Part shown: positions 1-13,477 of the stretch, one piece after another
How the letters are laid out: the number at the start of each line of letters is the position of its first letter
How positions within the stretch are numbered: position 1 is the first letter of the stretch
From: Arthrobacter sp.
GTDB lineage: Bacteria; Actinomycetota; Actinomycetes; Actinomycetales; Micrococcaceae
Length of the DNA: 60,124 nt
Assembly: GCA_030147325.1 (NCBI GenBank)
Contig: JASLAA010000204.1
Span: 1-60,124, forward strand
Reading direction: 5' to 3'
Translations under genes and position numbers: made by a program
The notes under the pieces: model-generated
Told to the model about the DNA's origin: nothing
Seen by the model: the letters and a program-made list of their open reading frames with translations, nothing else
The model's database searches: none

Positions 1-2
1 TA

Positions 3-830
3 GACCGGGATACAGTGCCCACCGACGGCGATGCCGGGCTGGTGTATATGGCTGAACGGCTGGGAGTTGGACGCGTCGATCACCTGGTAGATGTCGATCC
101 CGACGGTCGAGGCGTAACGAGCGAACTGGTTGGCCAATCCGATGTTGACGTCGCGATAGGTGGTCTCGGCGAGCTTGGCGAGTTCGGAGGCTTCGGCGGA
201 GCCCAGATCCCACACCCCGTTTCCGCGCTCCAGGTCAGGACGATCATCGAAATCGAGGACGGCCTCGTAGAACTCGACCGCAGCTTCCGCCCCGGCCGGG
301 GAGAGGCCTCCCACCAGCTTCGGGTACTTGCGCAGGTCCTCGAAGACCCGACCGGTGAGGACCCGTTCGGGCGAGAAGACCAGGTGGAAGTCCTGTCCCT
401 CGACCAACCCGCTCCCGGACTCCAGCGCGGGCTTCCATCGATCGCGGGTCGTTCCGACCGGAAGCGTCGTCTCGTAGGACACGAGGGTGCCGGGTGTGAG
501 GTGTCGGGCGAGTTCCGCCGTCGCCGCGTCCATCCACCCGAAATCGGGCTTCGCCTCGGCGTCCACGAACAGGGGGACGACCAGGACGACGGCGTCCGCA
601 TCGGGAACCGCTTCCGCGTAGTCCGTGGTCGCTCGGAGCTTCCCAGCCGGGACGAGTTCGGACAGCATCTCCTGGAGGTGCGCCTCGCCGGGGAAGGGCT
701 CGAGGCCCTCATTCACCGCGGCCACAGTCGCCCGGTTTACGTCGACTCCGACCACGTCGTGGCCCTTGGAGGCGAATTGCACCGCCAGCGGGAGGCCGAT
801 CTTACCCAGGGCAATGACAGCAATCTTCAC
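3..830 (-). CDS. Nucleotide-sugar dehydrogenase (UDP-glucose/GDP-mannose/UDP-ManNAc dehydrogenase family), 3' end runs off window
   Basis: Not in ORF track (no stop in window). Manual translation from GTG at 830: MKIAVIALGKIGLPLAVQFASKGHDVVGVDVN (Rossmann); later FSPERV and AELAKLAETTYRDVNIGLAN motifs. Confidence 0.9.
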   Translation of the reverse strand, partial: MKIAVIALGKIGLPLAVQFASKGHDVVGVDVNRATVAAVNEGLEPFPGEAHLQEMLSELVPAGKLRATTDYAEAVPDADAVVLVVPLFVDAEAKPDFGWMDAATAELARHLTPGTLVSYETTLPVGTTRDRWKPALESGSGLVEGQDFHLVFSPERVLTGRVFEDLRKYPKLVGGLSPAGAEAAVEFYEAVLDFDDRPDLERGNGVWDLGSAEASELAKLAETTYRDVNIGLANQFARYASTVGIDIYQVIDASNSQPFSHIHQPGIAVGGHCIPV

Positions 831-988
831 GTGAGGCCTTTCATGTTGCGTCCAGCGCTTCCCCGTTGGTCCCGGTCAAGCTTATAGGTAGTTGTTCCGG
901 CGTCAGCCGCCCGCACGGAATCGAGCGAGCCCTGCTTCCGTCCGATGGTCAGGTGCCCCCTTCGTTCAGGTGGCCGACGGTTGGTGGC

Positions 989-3025
989 TCAGGGGCCACA
1001 AGCCTCTATCTCGTAGATCCTTGCCCCGTCGCCACTGTCGTCGATCAGGCGGAGATCTTCGGGATCGACTCCGATGATCGTCAGACCCTCCATATCCTGG
1101 CGGTGGACGATGTCGGGCAGGTACCGGCCGTCGTCGTCATAGAAATGGGTCACGCCGTACTCCGCGAGGAGCTCACAGATCCGCGGGTCCGTGTCGATTC
1201 GGTTGAAGTTCCTCCCGAGGTATCTGGCGTCCGGTTCCCAGGACCCTGACATCGTCCTGAAGAGCGTATCGATCTCCGCCAGCGAGTACAGGAGCGCCGC
1301 ACCGGAGGTCGGATCTCCCAGTACCACTGCATCGTCGGGCAGCCTGGCGCCCATCCGCTCGATGAATTCCAGTTCCGGAAGGCTTGCAAGGCCGTCATTC
1401 CACTCGAGGTGTTCCCAGTAATCGGCCGAGAGGCGGGCGGTCCGCTCCTCGCTCCTGAGCTCGTCCGTCTGCGGATACAACAGTGCCGCAGTTCCGACGA
1501 GCACGACGAGTGATGCCACGGTCGCAGTTGCGGGCCGACGCAACGTGACGTTTCGCCGCGCCCCCAACGACACCAGGGCGTCGATGGTGCGCAGGACTGC
1601 GTAGGAAGCCAGCAGGCTCGTGAGAATCGGCACCAGACCTCCCAATCTCACCGGGTCGGAATACCAGAACCCGACCAGCGGCCGAAGCGCGGTCTGTTCT
1701 CCTGCCGCGACGACGTACAGCACGACACTGATCATCCAGCTGACGGAGACCCAGCGATGCTCCCGCAGCACCAGCGTCATGATCACACCGGTGAGAGCCA
1801 GGAGACCGGCCAGCCAGAACGGCTCCGCGTTCCCGTGATACAGGGGATCGAGCATGGTGTCGAAGATCGCCGCACCGATGGCATCGGTTGCCGGACCGAC
1901 CGGCGTCGTCTCGAAGAAGAACACGGATCGCAAGCGGGGAAGAGTCATGACGGCTATCCACGCGAGTGCGAGCCCCACCACGGGCACCGCCACCAGCACC
2001 GTTGCACCGATCGTGTTCCCACGCTCGGCCGTTCTGGCCACCCTTGCACCGTAACGCTGCAGGAGGAAAGGCGCGGAGAGGAAGACCGCCGCGATGGGCG
2101 CGGTGGGATGGCACAGCGCAGCGCCGGCGAGAGCGATCGTCAGCACCACGGACAAGCGGATCCTGGCCGCCGGATGAGTGCTGCGGGACGTGACCACGTA
2201 GATCAGCGCGACAAGCGCAGGCACGAGCGCCGTCCCCATCGCCGCCGGCCAGACCGTGCCGTAGGAGATCATGCGGGCCGGGAAGGCGACGAATCCGGAC
2301 GCGACGACAGGAGCAAGCAGAGGTAGCCAGGTGAGCTTCGGGAAGGCCACCCGCGCGAGGTACGCAATGGACAGAGGCCAGATGACACATCCCAGCACGA
2401 GAGCCGCGACGTTCAGGCTGACGGTCACGGGCAGGTGCCCGACGGTGAGGCTGACGAGATCATGCCATGCCCCCGGGTAGAAGGCCGGGGCGCCGTTGGT
2501 CGTCGATACTGCTCCGAGGTTCAGGCTCGACCCGTTCCCGGTGTCGATGATGTACCGGAGGGCACTGTGATGGTAGACGGAATCCCAGGTCAGCGCAGGG
2601 AAGTTCGGTTGTCCCATTCCGTCTCGCAGAGGGGCGAAACTGACGATGCCGGCGATGAGGACTCCTGCCAACGGAGCGAACCGGCGCATCCGTCGTGAGG
2701 GTGGTGATTCTCTGCGCTCAGGGGGGATCGCTGCCGCCGCTGATTCGCCGGCCGATCGACGGACCTGCCTGTCTGAAACGCGCGCCAGCAGCGCAACTGC
2801 CAGGACGACCACCGCGGAGAAGCCGAGATACGTCCACGGATTCCAAGGGATCCCGGCGAAACCGAACAGGACTGCACCGACGCCGCCCAGTCCGAGGGAC
2901 AGAGCGGGCGCCAGAGCGAACGCAGCAAGCCCACGCATCCGCGCGACCAGCGCCAGGACGAGGCCGGGTACGAAGAAGGTCGCCAGCATCGCGACCATCA
3001 CAGGGATGGTCTCTACCCAGCTCAT
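989..3025 (-). CDS. Polytopic membrane protein, DUF6541-like / GT-C-type glycosyltransferase candidate
   Basis: 678 aa, many TM segments, WDSVYH loop after first TM block, located in glycan locus. Confidence 0.7.
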   Translation of the reverse strand: MSWVETIPVMVAMLATFFVPGLVLALVARMRGLAAFALAPALSLGLGGVGAVLFGFAGIPWNPWTYLGFSAVVVLAVALLARVSDRQVRRSAGESAAAAIPPERRESPPSRRMRRFAPLAGVLIAGIVSFAPLRDGMGQPNFPALTWDSVYHHSALRYIIDTGNGSSLNLGAVSTTNGAPAFYPGAWHDLVSLTVGHLPVTVSLNVAALVLGCVIWPLSIAYLARVAFPKLTWLPLLAPVVASGFVAFPARMISYGTVWPAAMGTALVPALVALIYVVTSRSTHPAARIRLSVVLTIALAGAALCHPTAPIAAVFLSAPFLLQRYGARVARTAERGNTIGATVLVAVPVVGLALAWIAVMTLPRLRSVFFFETTPVGPATDAIGAAIFDTMLDPLYHGNAEPFWLAGLLALTGVIMTLVLREHRWVSVSWMISVVLYVVAAGEQTALRPLVGFWYSDPVRLGGLVPILTSLLASYAVLRTIDALVSLGARRNVTLRRPATATVASLVVLVGTAALLYPQTDELRSEERTARLSADYWEHLEWNDGLASLPELEFIERMGARLPDDAVVLGDPTSGAALLYSLAEIDTLFRTMSGSWEPDARYLGRNFNRIDTDPRICELLAEYGVTHFYDDDGRYLPDIVHRQDMEGLTIIGVDPEDLRLIDDSGDGARIYEIEACGP

Positions 3026-3058
3026 CGGGGTCGACGCCCGGTCATGCCGATCATCGTC

Positions 3059-3790
3059 CTAATGACGACCCCTCAGAGCGGCTACCGCTTCTTCCACCGA
3101 CGCGTCGAGCACGACACGTCCGTGATCCAGGAGCACACCCCGACGACAGACCTTCGACACGAGGTCCAGGTCATGGCTTACAACGACGAGTGTCTTACCC
3201 GCTTGCCCCAACTCCTTGATCTTCTCCAGGCACTTCTTCTGGAAGGGCTCGTCGCCCACGGCCAGGATCTCGTCGATGAGGAAGATCTCGGGGTCGGTGT
3301 GGATGGCGACGGAGAAGGCCAGGCGGAGATACATGCCCGAGGAGTAGAACTTGACCTCGGTATCGATGAACTGTCCGATCTCCGAGAAATCGAGGATGCT
3401 CTCGAAGCGTTCGTTGATCTGCTCCTCCGTCATGCCGAGGATGGCGCCGTTCAGGTACACGTTGTCGCGCCCACTCAGATCGGGGTGGAAGCCGGCGCCG
3501 ACCTCGATCAGGCCGGCGACTCGTCCCCGGGTCCGCACGGTGCCGCTGTCCGGCAGCATGACGCCCGAGATGTGCTTGAGCAGTGTCGATTTCCCTGAGC
3601 CGTTGAGACCGAGAAGCGCGACGGACTCACCCTGCTCGACCTGGAGCGAGACGCCGTCGAGCGCATGGAACTTCTGCGAGAGATCGCCCTTCCGCCCCTT
3701 CACGATCCAGACGAAAGCCTCCTTGATGGAGCGTGTGTGCCGGAGAACGAACTGCTTCGAGATCGACTGCACGTCGACTGCAATGGCCAC
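3059..3790 (-). CDS. wzt: Polysaccharide ABC exporter ATP-binding subunit (Wzt/TagH family)
   Basis: GLNGSGKS Walker A, YSSGM signature, IDEILAVGD Walker B; GTG start 2 nt after wzm stop. Confidence 0.92.
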   Translation of the reverse strand: MAIAVDVQSISKQFVLRHTRSIKEAFVWIVKGRKGDLSQKFHALDGVSLQVEQGESVALLGLNGSGKSTLLKHISGVMLPDSGTVRTRGRVAGLIEVGAGFHPDLSGRDNVYLNGAILGMTEEQINERFESILDFSEIGQFIDTEVKFYSSGMYLRLAFSVAIHTDPEIFLIDEILAVGDEPFQKKCLEKIKELGQAGKTLVVVSHDLDLVSKVCRRGVLLDHGRVVLDASVEEAVAALRGRH

Positions 3791-3792
3791 TG

Positions 3793-4686
3793 TTACAACT
3801 CCTGAGCGAATCGGCCCTCGAGGCGCCGGAAAGTGAACTGACCCGCCAGGATCACGATGAGGGCGATGCCGAGCCCGATCGGCGTCCAGACGTCGAGCAG
3901 ATTCGGAGGAACCGCCAGCAGCGGATCCGTGCGGGGGAAACTGGTGGTCGGCATCCAGAAGGCGAAGTGGAACAGCTCGACGGCGATGGTCAGCGGATTG
4001 ATCTGGTAGATCGTGTGCAGCAACTGACCGGCATCTGCCCCGAAGGCGTCGAACAGTCCGTCGCGGACCATCGTCCAGGAGTAGAGGACCGGCGAGGCCC
4101 ACGTAGCGATCATCAGGAGCATATCCACGAAGTTCTCCGAATCACGGAAGTAGACGTTCGCGGCACCGAAGAACAGTCCGAGACCCACTGCGAGCATCGT
4201 CACGATCGCGAACCCGGCGAACGCTGCGGCGATCTGCACCGGACCCGGTGACCATCCGCCGATGAAACAGGCGATCAGCAGCACGAGCATCTGGGGCACG
4301 AAGTGGACAGCCGAGACCCACACGGACGCGACGGGGAACAGCTCGCGCGGGAGGTAGATCTTCTTGATCAGTCCGCCTTTGCCCACGATCGACCGTGCCG
4401 CATTTCCGAGGGCCTCGTTGAAGTAATTGATCAGCACGATGCCGGAGAAGAGATAGATCGGATAATTCTCGGTATTGCGGTTCATGCCGAGGAAGATCCC
4501 GAGCGCGAACCAGAAGACCACGAACTGCACTCCTGGCTTGACGTAGGACCAGAGGAGTCCCAGGACGGAGCCCCGGTAGCGGACCTTCAGCTCCTTTGCG
4601 ACGAGCAGACGCAGCAGATAGCGCGAACGCACCACGTCGCGAAGACCGCCACCGAATCCCGGCGTCGTCAGTTCTGCTCCTGCCAC
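3793..4686 (-). CDS. wzm: Polysaccharide ABC exporter permease (Wzm/TagG family)
   Basis: RYRGSVLGLLWS, KKIYLPRE, NPL motifs; 6 TM; GTG start adjacent to GlfT stop. Confidence 0.92.
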   Translation of the reverse strand: MAGAELTTPGFGGGLRDVVRSRYLLRLLVAKELKVRYRGSVLGLLWSYVKPGVQFVVFWFALGIFLGMNRNTENYPIYLFSGIVLINYFNEALGNAARSIVGKGGLIKKIYLPRELFPVASVWVSAVHFVPQMLVLLIACFIGGWSPGPVQIAAAFAGFAIVTMLAVGLGLFFGAANVYFRDSENFVDMLLMIATWASPVLYSWTMVRDGLFDAFGADAGQLLHTIYQINPLTIAVELFHFAFWMPTTSFPRTDPLLAVPPNLLDVWTPIGLGIALIVILAGQFTFRRLEGRFAQEL

Positions 4687-4687
4687 G

Positions 4688-7926
<3,239 letters not shown>

Positions 7927-8231
7927 TTATGCCGTAGCTCATCCGCCCCGGCCGCCGACGAGGGCTCCAACGGAGTCTGATCCGGTCGAAACCGCCCTTC
8001 CCCCGTCCCCTTCGTCCACCCGGTGATGAACGCCTGGTGCACCTGCAGTAGCCCCGGGCGACCGCACGTGCCCCTCGCCCTGTTGCAGGCCGCCCACCTA
8101 CTCGGGCCCCGCGAACCATCCCGCATCCGTGGCTCGACGGATCAGAGGGGTACTCGGAGCTCCCGGTCCGGCATCAGCCGGAGCGGCGCCAGGTTGTGAG
8201 CAGTGCCACCTCGACGAGACGGGTGCGTGCG

Positions 8232-8284
8232 TTGTCCACACACCGCGTCGCTACCGCCACCCCTCCCTCACCCACCTCTAGCCT
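8232..8284 (+). promoter_or_regulatory. TTGTCCACA box + TAGCCT -10 upstream of FHA-FtsK gene
   Basis: Match to actinobacterial DnaA-box consensus TT(G/A)TCCACA at 8232-8240, 38 nt before a TAnnnT hexamer; GAGGAGG RBS follows. Confidence 0.5.
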
Positions 8285-8314
8285 CGAAGCTCGTCGTCGC
8301 TCGAGGAGGTACCG

Positions 8315-11300
8315 GTGGATCTGCACGTCACGCTCGCATGCGCTCCACCACGCACGCCGGCGCCGCGCGAGATCGTCGTCGACACCGATGTCCTCAGCAC
8401 CGGCGCAGCACTGGCGGAAAGCCTCGAGGCAGCCGGCTACGCGACGCCCCTGACCGTCTGCGGTGTCCCTCTTGCTACCCTGATGCCCCACGTCGATGAG
8501 CTTCACAACGGTGCCGTCATCGTCGCGGGCGGGATCGCGGGAACCGAGGCCCGCTCATCGATGCCGCACCTCCTGTTCGTCGTGCACTCAGGACCCGACG
8601 CCGGAACGGTGTCCCCACTCACGCGGGGCACCTACGCGATCGGGCGCACCGACAGCGACATCACGGTCGCCGACCCTGCCCTGTCGCGACGCCATGCGCT
8701 CCTCACGGTGACCGAGGACGCGATCGGACTCGAAGACCTGGGTTCTGCGAACGGCACCTTCGTGGACGGAAGAACGATCACCGCGACGACCATCACCACG
8801 TCCTCGACCGTCCGTCTGGGTTCGAGTGACTGCCGCGTCGAGCTCATGGACGATCAGGGCGGGCCGGCATCCGACCCGGGCGGCATTCTCGACCCGCTCA
8901 CGGTGACGTCCGACCTACCGCGGAAACCGTCGCGCATCCTCCTCCTCACCGCACTACTACCTCTCGGGCTCGGCGTCGTCCTGGCCCTCACGACCGGGAT
9001 GTGGTTCTTCCTCGCCTTCAGCGGCCTGTCCGCCGTCACCGGCCTCGTACCCCTCCTGTCCTACCGCCGCAACACCCGCGTCTTCGCTCGTGATGTGGAG
9101 CAGGCCGCGCAGCAGGACAGGATCCGCCGGACGACGGCGACGCCGGACCCCGGACGGGTCGCAGTGGACGTCTTCCGGGCGGCATACGGCCCTCTCGGAC
9201 AGCCGGTGCCTGACGCACCTCCCCCGCACATGGTCCGCCTGCGGATCGGGACGGCGGACCAGGACGCCAACCTGACCGTACGGGGCGACGACGGCTCCTT
9301 CGTTCCGCCGCCCCTGCCCGGCGTACCACTCGTCGCCTGCTGTGACGCCGAAGCCGGGACTGCCGGACAACGGAGCCTCACCATCACCGGCGATGCGGAG
9401 CGCGTGATGGACCTCGCCCGGGCTCTCCTCCTCCAGACCGCTCACCCCGACGGCGGGAGACCGCACGTGATCTGCTCGGGATCCCCTCGGGACATTCCTC
9501 CGCCTGCCCGGTTCCTTCCCAACGTGCACGTCTCGGCCGATGCCGGCCTCCTCACATGCCGTGCCGAGACCTCGGGGGTCACACTGGTCTTCCACTTCGG
9601 CGAGGAACCGGTCGATGTGAGCGGAGCGACCGGCGTCTTCCTCGTCCGGATCATCACCGCACCTCGGCACCGGTCGGCAGGCGCCACAGGGACCACCGCA
9701 GCGTCAGCACGGGTGATTCTCGAGGGCGGTCGTGCGTGGGCCTCCATCGATGGGACGGAGCGCTCCTTCCACCCCGACGGAGTGGCCTCCGGGACCTTCG
9801 ACCGCGTAGCCCGAACCCTCGCCAGGGCTGCAGCGCGCACTCCGGCCCCCACTGCGCCGCAGGGCCACGGCATCGCGCGAGGAGTTCGCGACATCCCCCC
9901 GGAGTCGGCTTCCCTGTGGTCCGGAGGAAACGCTCTCGGGTCACTCACCTCGGCTGCGAAGGAACGCTGGGCCTCATCGGTTGCCGAACAGCCGATCGCG
10001 TTGCTCGGAGCCACGGGAGAAGGCCCTCTGTTCTTCGATCTGGTGGCCGACGGGCCTCACCTACTGGTCGCCGGGACGACCGGATCGGGCAAGTCGGAGT
10101 TCCTGCGGACGCTGGTGCTCGGGCTCGCCGTGAACCAGCCCCCGGACCACCTGACGCTGCTCCTGATCGACTACAAGGGCGGCTCGGGGCTCGGGCACCT
10201 GGCCGCCCTGCCGCACTGCGTGGGCAGCCTGAGCGACCTGTCCTTGGAATCGACGGGACGGGCCTTCGTCTCGCTACGCGCAGAACTGCGGCATCGTGAG
10301 CTGCTGTGCGCGGACCACGGAGCCCACGACCTCGCGCACCTGCGACTCCTGGCTCCTTCGTCCTGTCCGCCGCGCCTCGTCGTCGTGATCGACGAGTTCC
10401 GGATGCTCTGCGAGGACGTGCCGTCCGCCCTGCCCGATCTCCTGAAGATCGCCTCCCTCGGTCGCTCGCTCGGCGTCCACCTGGTGCTGGCGACGCAGCG
10501 GGCACAGGGGGCAGTGACACCTGACCTGCGAGCCAACATCACCTCGGCGGTGGTGCTCCGGGTGCAGACGACGATGGAATCGCAGGACCTGCTAGGGTCC
10601 GCGCGGGCAGCAGAGATACCGGTGGACAGGCCCGGCCGGGCCTATCTGCGCAGGGGTGCCGAGCAACCGACCGCCTTCCAGGTCGCCGCCTGCTCCTCTG
10701 TGCCGCCTGCCAACGATGTGCCGGGGTGGCAGGACTTCCTGTCCGCCGAGCAGTCCCTGCGCAAGCGCGGCAGGGCCGGACCCGCCGGACCTGGCGGGGA
10801 AGAGCTGGGCACGAGCAGGGCTGGTGCCGGCGGTGCGGAACGAAGCGTGCTTGCGGACGCCGTCGAAGCGTTGCGGGCGGTTGGGCGGGGTACTGCGGGC
10901 AGGGAACCCCGTCGACCGGTTCTTCCGCCTCTTCCCGCCGAGCTCTCACCTGCGGAATGCAGTGCCTTCCCGTCTGCCTGCTCCTCATCGCCGGGCTCCG
11001 ACCTGCGTCCTGCGGCGTACGGCGGGCAGGCCCTGGCCCTGGGGATCGCGGATTTTCCTGATCGGCAGGAGCAGCGAGTCCTGCAGTGGCTTCCCGACTC
11101 CCACTCCCACCTCGCGCTGATCGGTCTTCCCGGCAGCGGTGCGGATGCAGCCCTGCGGGCGATCGTGTCCGCCCTGCCCCAGGCGGACAGTGATCTGCAT
11201 CTCTACCTGCTCGACGGCGACGGGAGCCTCGAGGGCATCCCGCGCGGCTTCCACATCGGTGCGCACGTGCAATCACATGAAGCGAGAAGGGCAGAACGCG

Positions 11301-12454
11301 TCCTGGAGCGGCTCGTCGAGCGACGCGGGCGCGAGGAGGACCACGTACCGCACATCGTTCTGGTCATCACGGGCTGGGGACGATGGACCGGCCAGTTCCG
11401 GAACAGCCGGACGGCCGCCGGTGAGGAGGACCTGCACATGCTCGTGAGGGACGGCGCCCGGAACGGAGTCACCGTCCTCATCGCGGGTGACCGCGACGTG
11501 ACGACCTCCCGCTTCTTCCCCCTGGTGCCTAACCGGATCTACCTGCCGCTCGACGCCCACCAGGACACGACGATGACCTGGCCGAGGCTCCCACCGCTCG
11601 ACCCGGTTGCCGGGCGCGGTCTCGCACAGGGACCCATCACGGGGTCCTGGGGCGACGGCGTCTGCCAACTCGTCCTCGGGCGTCCGCTCGGCCCTCCATC
11701 GAAGCCACCATCCGTACCACCCTTCCCGGTCCATGCTCTGCCTCGGGTCGTCCGGCTGGCGGACCTCGGGATCGTGCCCGCCGTGCTGCCACGGCAGTCA
11801 CTGCCCCTCGGCGTGCATGGTGACAACCTGCTGCCCTACGAAGTGCGGCTTCGCGCGGGTGAGGTCTTCCTCGTCCTGGGGCACCAGTCCTCCGGCCGCA
11901 CCAACGCCCTACGGGTCGTCAACGACTCGGCCGGGCTCTTCCAGCGCCACCGGCGCATCCTGGCACCACCCTGCCTCTCGGACAGCACCGACGGGGACCC
12001 CGCCGGCACGCAGCGCCCGGAAGCGGCGTGCTTCTGGCGAGAGCTCACCACACGGGATTCCTTCTCCTCCCTGGAGCAGAGCATCCTCCTCGTCGACGAT
12101 GCCGACGGGCTCCCGCAGGACGTCCAGCAGATCCTGTCCGGCCTGGTCGCGGGCGGCGCCGCCGCAGTGCTCGCGGCAACTCCGGGTCCGGCGCTGATCG
12201 CACGGGTGCCGCTGTCCCTCCAGGCCCGCGCCTCCGGCCGGGGCTTCATCCTGTCGCCGAGATCCGCCCTCGACGGCGACTTCTTCGGGGTTCGTCTCGA
12301 TGCAGGCGGCGCTCCGCCCCCAGGACGGGGATACGCCATGGAACCCGGACGAGTCATCGAGGTACAACTCGCGCACGCAGTCGCCGGACTCTCGACAGGA
12401 CCGGGAAGAGGGACGACCGGAGGGGCTACAGCGTTCTCTCGTCTCCCGTCGTGA
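8315..12454 (+). CDS. FHA-domain FtsK/SpoIIIE (EccC/EssC-like) ATPase
   Basis: FHA (IGR...SRRHA...DLGSANGT), 2 TM, GTTGSGKS/IDYKGG/VVIDEF/GRSLGVHLVLATQR; two further degenerate ATPase domains. Confidence 0.9.
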   Translation: MDLHVTLACAPPRTPAPREIVVDTDVLSTGAALAESLEAAGYATPLTVCGVPLATLMPHVDELHNGAVIVAGGIAGTEARSSMPHLLFVVHSGPDAGTVSPLTRGTYAIGRTDSDITVADPALSRRHALLTVTEDAIGLEDLGSANGTFVDGRTITATTITTSSTVRLGSSDCRVELMDDQGGPASDPGGILDPLTVTSDLPRKPSRILLLTALLPLGLGVVLALTTGMWFFLAFSGLSAVTGLVPLLSYRRNTRVFARDVEQAAQQDRIRRTTATPDPGRVAVDVFRAAYGPLGQPVPDAPPPHMVRLRIGTADQDANLTVRGDDGSFVPPPLPGVPLVACCDAEAGTAGQRSLTITGDAERVMDLARALLLQTAHPDGGRPHVICSGSPRDIPPPARFLPNVHVSADAGLLTCRAETSGVTLVFHFGEEPVDVSGATGVFLVRIITAPRHRSAGATGTTAASARVILEGGRAWASIDGTERSFHPDGVASGTFDRVARTLARAAARTPAPTAPQGHGIARGVRDIPPESASLWSGGNALGSLTSAAKERWASSVAEQPIALLGATGEGPLFFDLVADGPHLLVAGTTGSGKSEFLRTLVLGLAVNQPPDHLTLLLIDYKGGSGLGHLAALPHCVGSLSDLSLESTGRAFVSLRAELRHRELLCADHGAHDLAHLRLLAPSSCPPRLVVVIDEFRMLCEDVPSALPDLLKIASLGRSLGVHLVLATQRAQGAVTPDLRANITSAVVLRVQTTMESQDLLGSARAAEIPVDRPGRAYLRRGAEQPTAFQVAACSSVPPANDVPGWQDFLSAEQSLRKRGRAGPAGPGGEELGTSRAGAGGAERSVLADAVEALRAVGRGTAGREPRRPVLPPLPAELSPAECSAFPSACSSSPGSDLRPAAYGGQALALGIADFPDRQEQRVLQWLPDSHSHLALIGLPGSGADAALRAIVSALPQADSDLHLYLLDGDGSLEGIPRGFHIGAHVQSHEARRAERVLERLVERRGREEDHVPHIVLVITGWGRWTGQFRNSRTAAGEEDLHMLVRDGARNGVTVLIAGDRDVTTSRFFPLVPNRIYLPLDAHQDTTMTWPRLPPLDPVAGRGLAQGPITGSWGDGVCQLVLGRPLGPPSKPPSVPPFPVHALPRVVRLADLGIVPAVLPRQSLPLGVHGDNLLPYEVRLRAGEVFLVLGHQSSGRTNALRVVNDSAGLFQRHRRILAPPCLSDSTDGDPAGTQRPEAACFWRELTTRDSFSSLEQSILLVDDADGLPQDVQQILSGLVAGGAAAVLAATPGPALIARVPLSLQARASGRGFILSPRSALDGDFFGVRLDAGGAPPPGRGYAMEPGRVIEVQLAHAVAGLSTGPGRGTTGGATAFSRLPS

Positions 12455-12848
12455 GCACCGTGAACCCGACGACGGGCCTGGAGAACAGTGTCACGATGAC
12501 CGCCGCGGCGGGGACCACGAGCAACAGACCGATCAACGGATCACCGGCCGAGAAGAAAGGGAATGCCAGGATCACCATGAACAGCTGGACGACCAGCGAC
12601 GGCGAACGGGGCCAGCGGAAGCCCGCAGCCAGCTTCCGGGCCATCGCCACCAGAGCGCAGGCGACAAGAAGGAGCAGAACCGCCAGGAAGACCGATCCCC
12701 CGACGGAGACCGGATCCGGCCCGAAGACCGCGGCAGCCGACACGACACCGAGCACGAGCAATCCTGCCGCTTCGAGCAGGAGTATCGCCCCGATGACGAG
12801 AACCCCGCGCGGCCGTTCAGCGGGGGGTTGGGCTTCGTCTCTGACCAC
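12426..12848 (-). CDS. Small integral membrane protein (4 TM)
   Basis: Hydrophobic ORF with RWPRSP..VVQL motif; TAGGGT -10 six nt before GTG (leaderless). Confidence 0.7.
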   Translation of the reverse strand: MVRDEAQPPAERPRGVLVIGAILLLEAAGLLVLGVVSAAAVFGPDPVSVGGSVFLAVLLLLVACALVAMARKLAAGFRWPRSPSLVVQLFMVILAFPFFSAGDPLIGLLLVVPAAAVIVTLFSRPVVGFTVLTTGDERTL

Positions 12849-13035
12849 CCTCGAACCCTACCCGACCCCCGGCCGGGCCCCTACGACAGGTTCGGAGGTG
12901 GTTGCTGTGATAAACCACTCACCCGGGGAACCAATTGGAGTTGTAAAACCCTTGTTTACCCGTTGGTAACGTGACAGCCTTAAATGCAGTTGAAACCCAG
13001 GGGGCCGAAGTCGGCCCCTTTACTATGAGCCCGTT

Positions 13036-13051
13036 CGTGAAAGTTTTCACA
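13036..13051. promoter_or_regulatory. CRP/GlxR-type binding site upstream of whiB1
   Basis: CGTGA-AAGTTT-TCACA matches TGTGA-N6-TCACA at 9/10; mycobacterial whiB1 is CRP-regulated. Confidence 0.65.
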
Positions 13052-13090
13052 ATTTCAGGGGCAACGTGGCTAGAGGAGAATGTGATCACC

Positions 13091-13339
13091 ATGGATTGGC
13101 GTAGTCGCGCAGCCTGTCTGGACAAGGACCCGGAGCTGTTCTTCCCGGTCGGCAACACCGGACCGGCACTTCTTCAGATCGAGGAGGCCAAGAGCGTCTG
13201 TCGTCGCTGCCAGGTGCAGGATACCTGCCTGCAGTGGGCCATAGAGTCCGGACAGGACGCAGGAGTATGGGGCGGCCTGAGCGAGGACGAGCGTCGTGCG
13301 CTGAAGCGCCGAGCCGCCAGGGCTCGTCGCGCCTCCTGA
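13091..13339 (+). CDS. whiB1: WhiB family Fe-S transcriptional regulator WhiB1
   Basis: MDWRSRAACLDKDPELFFP, 4 Cys, GVWGG; GAGGAG RBS. Confidence 0.96.
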   Translation: MDWRSRAACLDKDPELFFPVGNTGPALLQIEEAKSVCRRCQVQDTCLQWAIESGQDAGVWGGLSEDERRALKRRAARARRAS

Positions 13340-13402
13340 TACACGCCGGGTGTCGACTGCCCGGGACCCCGCTGCAATGAAGGGGTCGGATTACCGACGA
13401 GT

Positions 13403-13435
13403 GACGAAGGGCCGCCCGATGGGCGGCCCTTCGTC
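13403..13435. terminator. Intrinsic terminator between convergent whiB1 and pdtaS
   Basis: Perfect 15-bp stem GACGAAGGGCCGCCC-gat-GGGCGGCCCTTCGTC followed by GTTT. Confidence 0.85.
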
Positions 13436-13477
13436 GTTTCCACTGCTGAGGGGAAACGGACTCCACCGATTCCCCGA

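Noticed and set aside
15..887. 290-aa plus-strand ORF
   Set aside because: Antisense shadow of the nucleotide-sugar dehydrogenase
8113..8142. GAACCATCC-N15-ACGGAT as a second SigK promoter
   Set aside because: The -10 has two mismatches and is better explained as the arm of a short ATCCGT/ACGGAT hairpin
8232..8240. DnaA box as a replication origin
   Set aside because: Single box, no dnaA/dnaN, no box cluster or unwinding element
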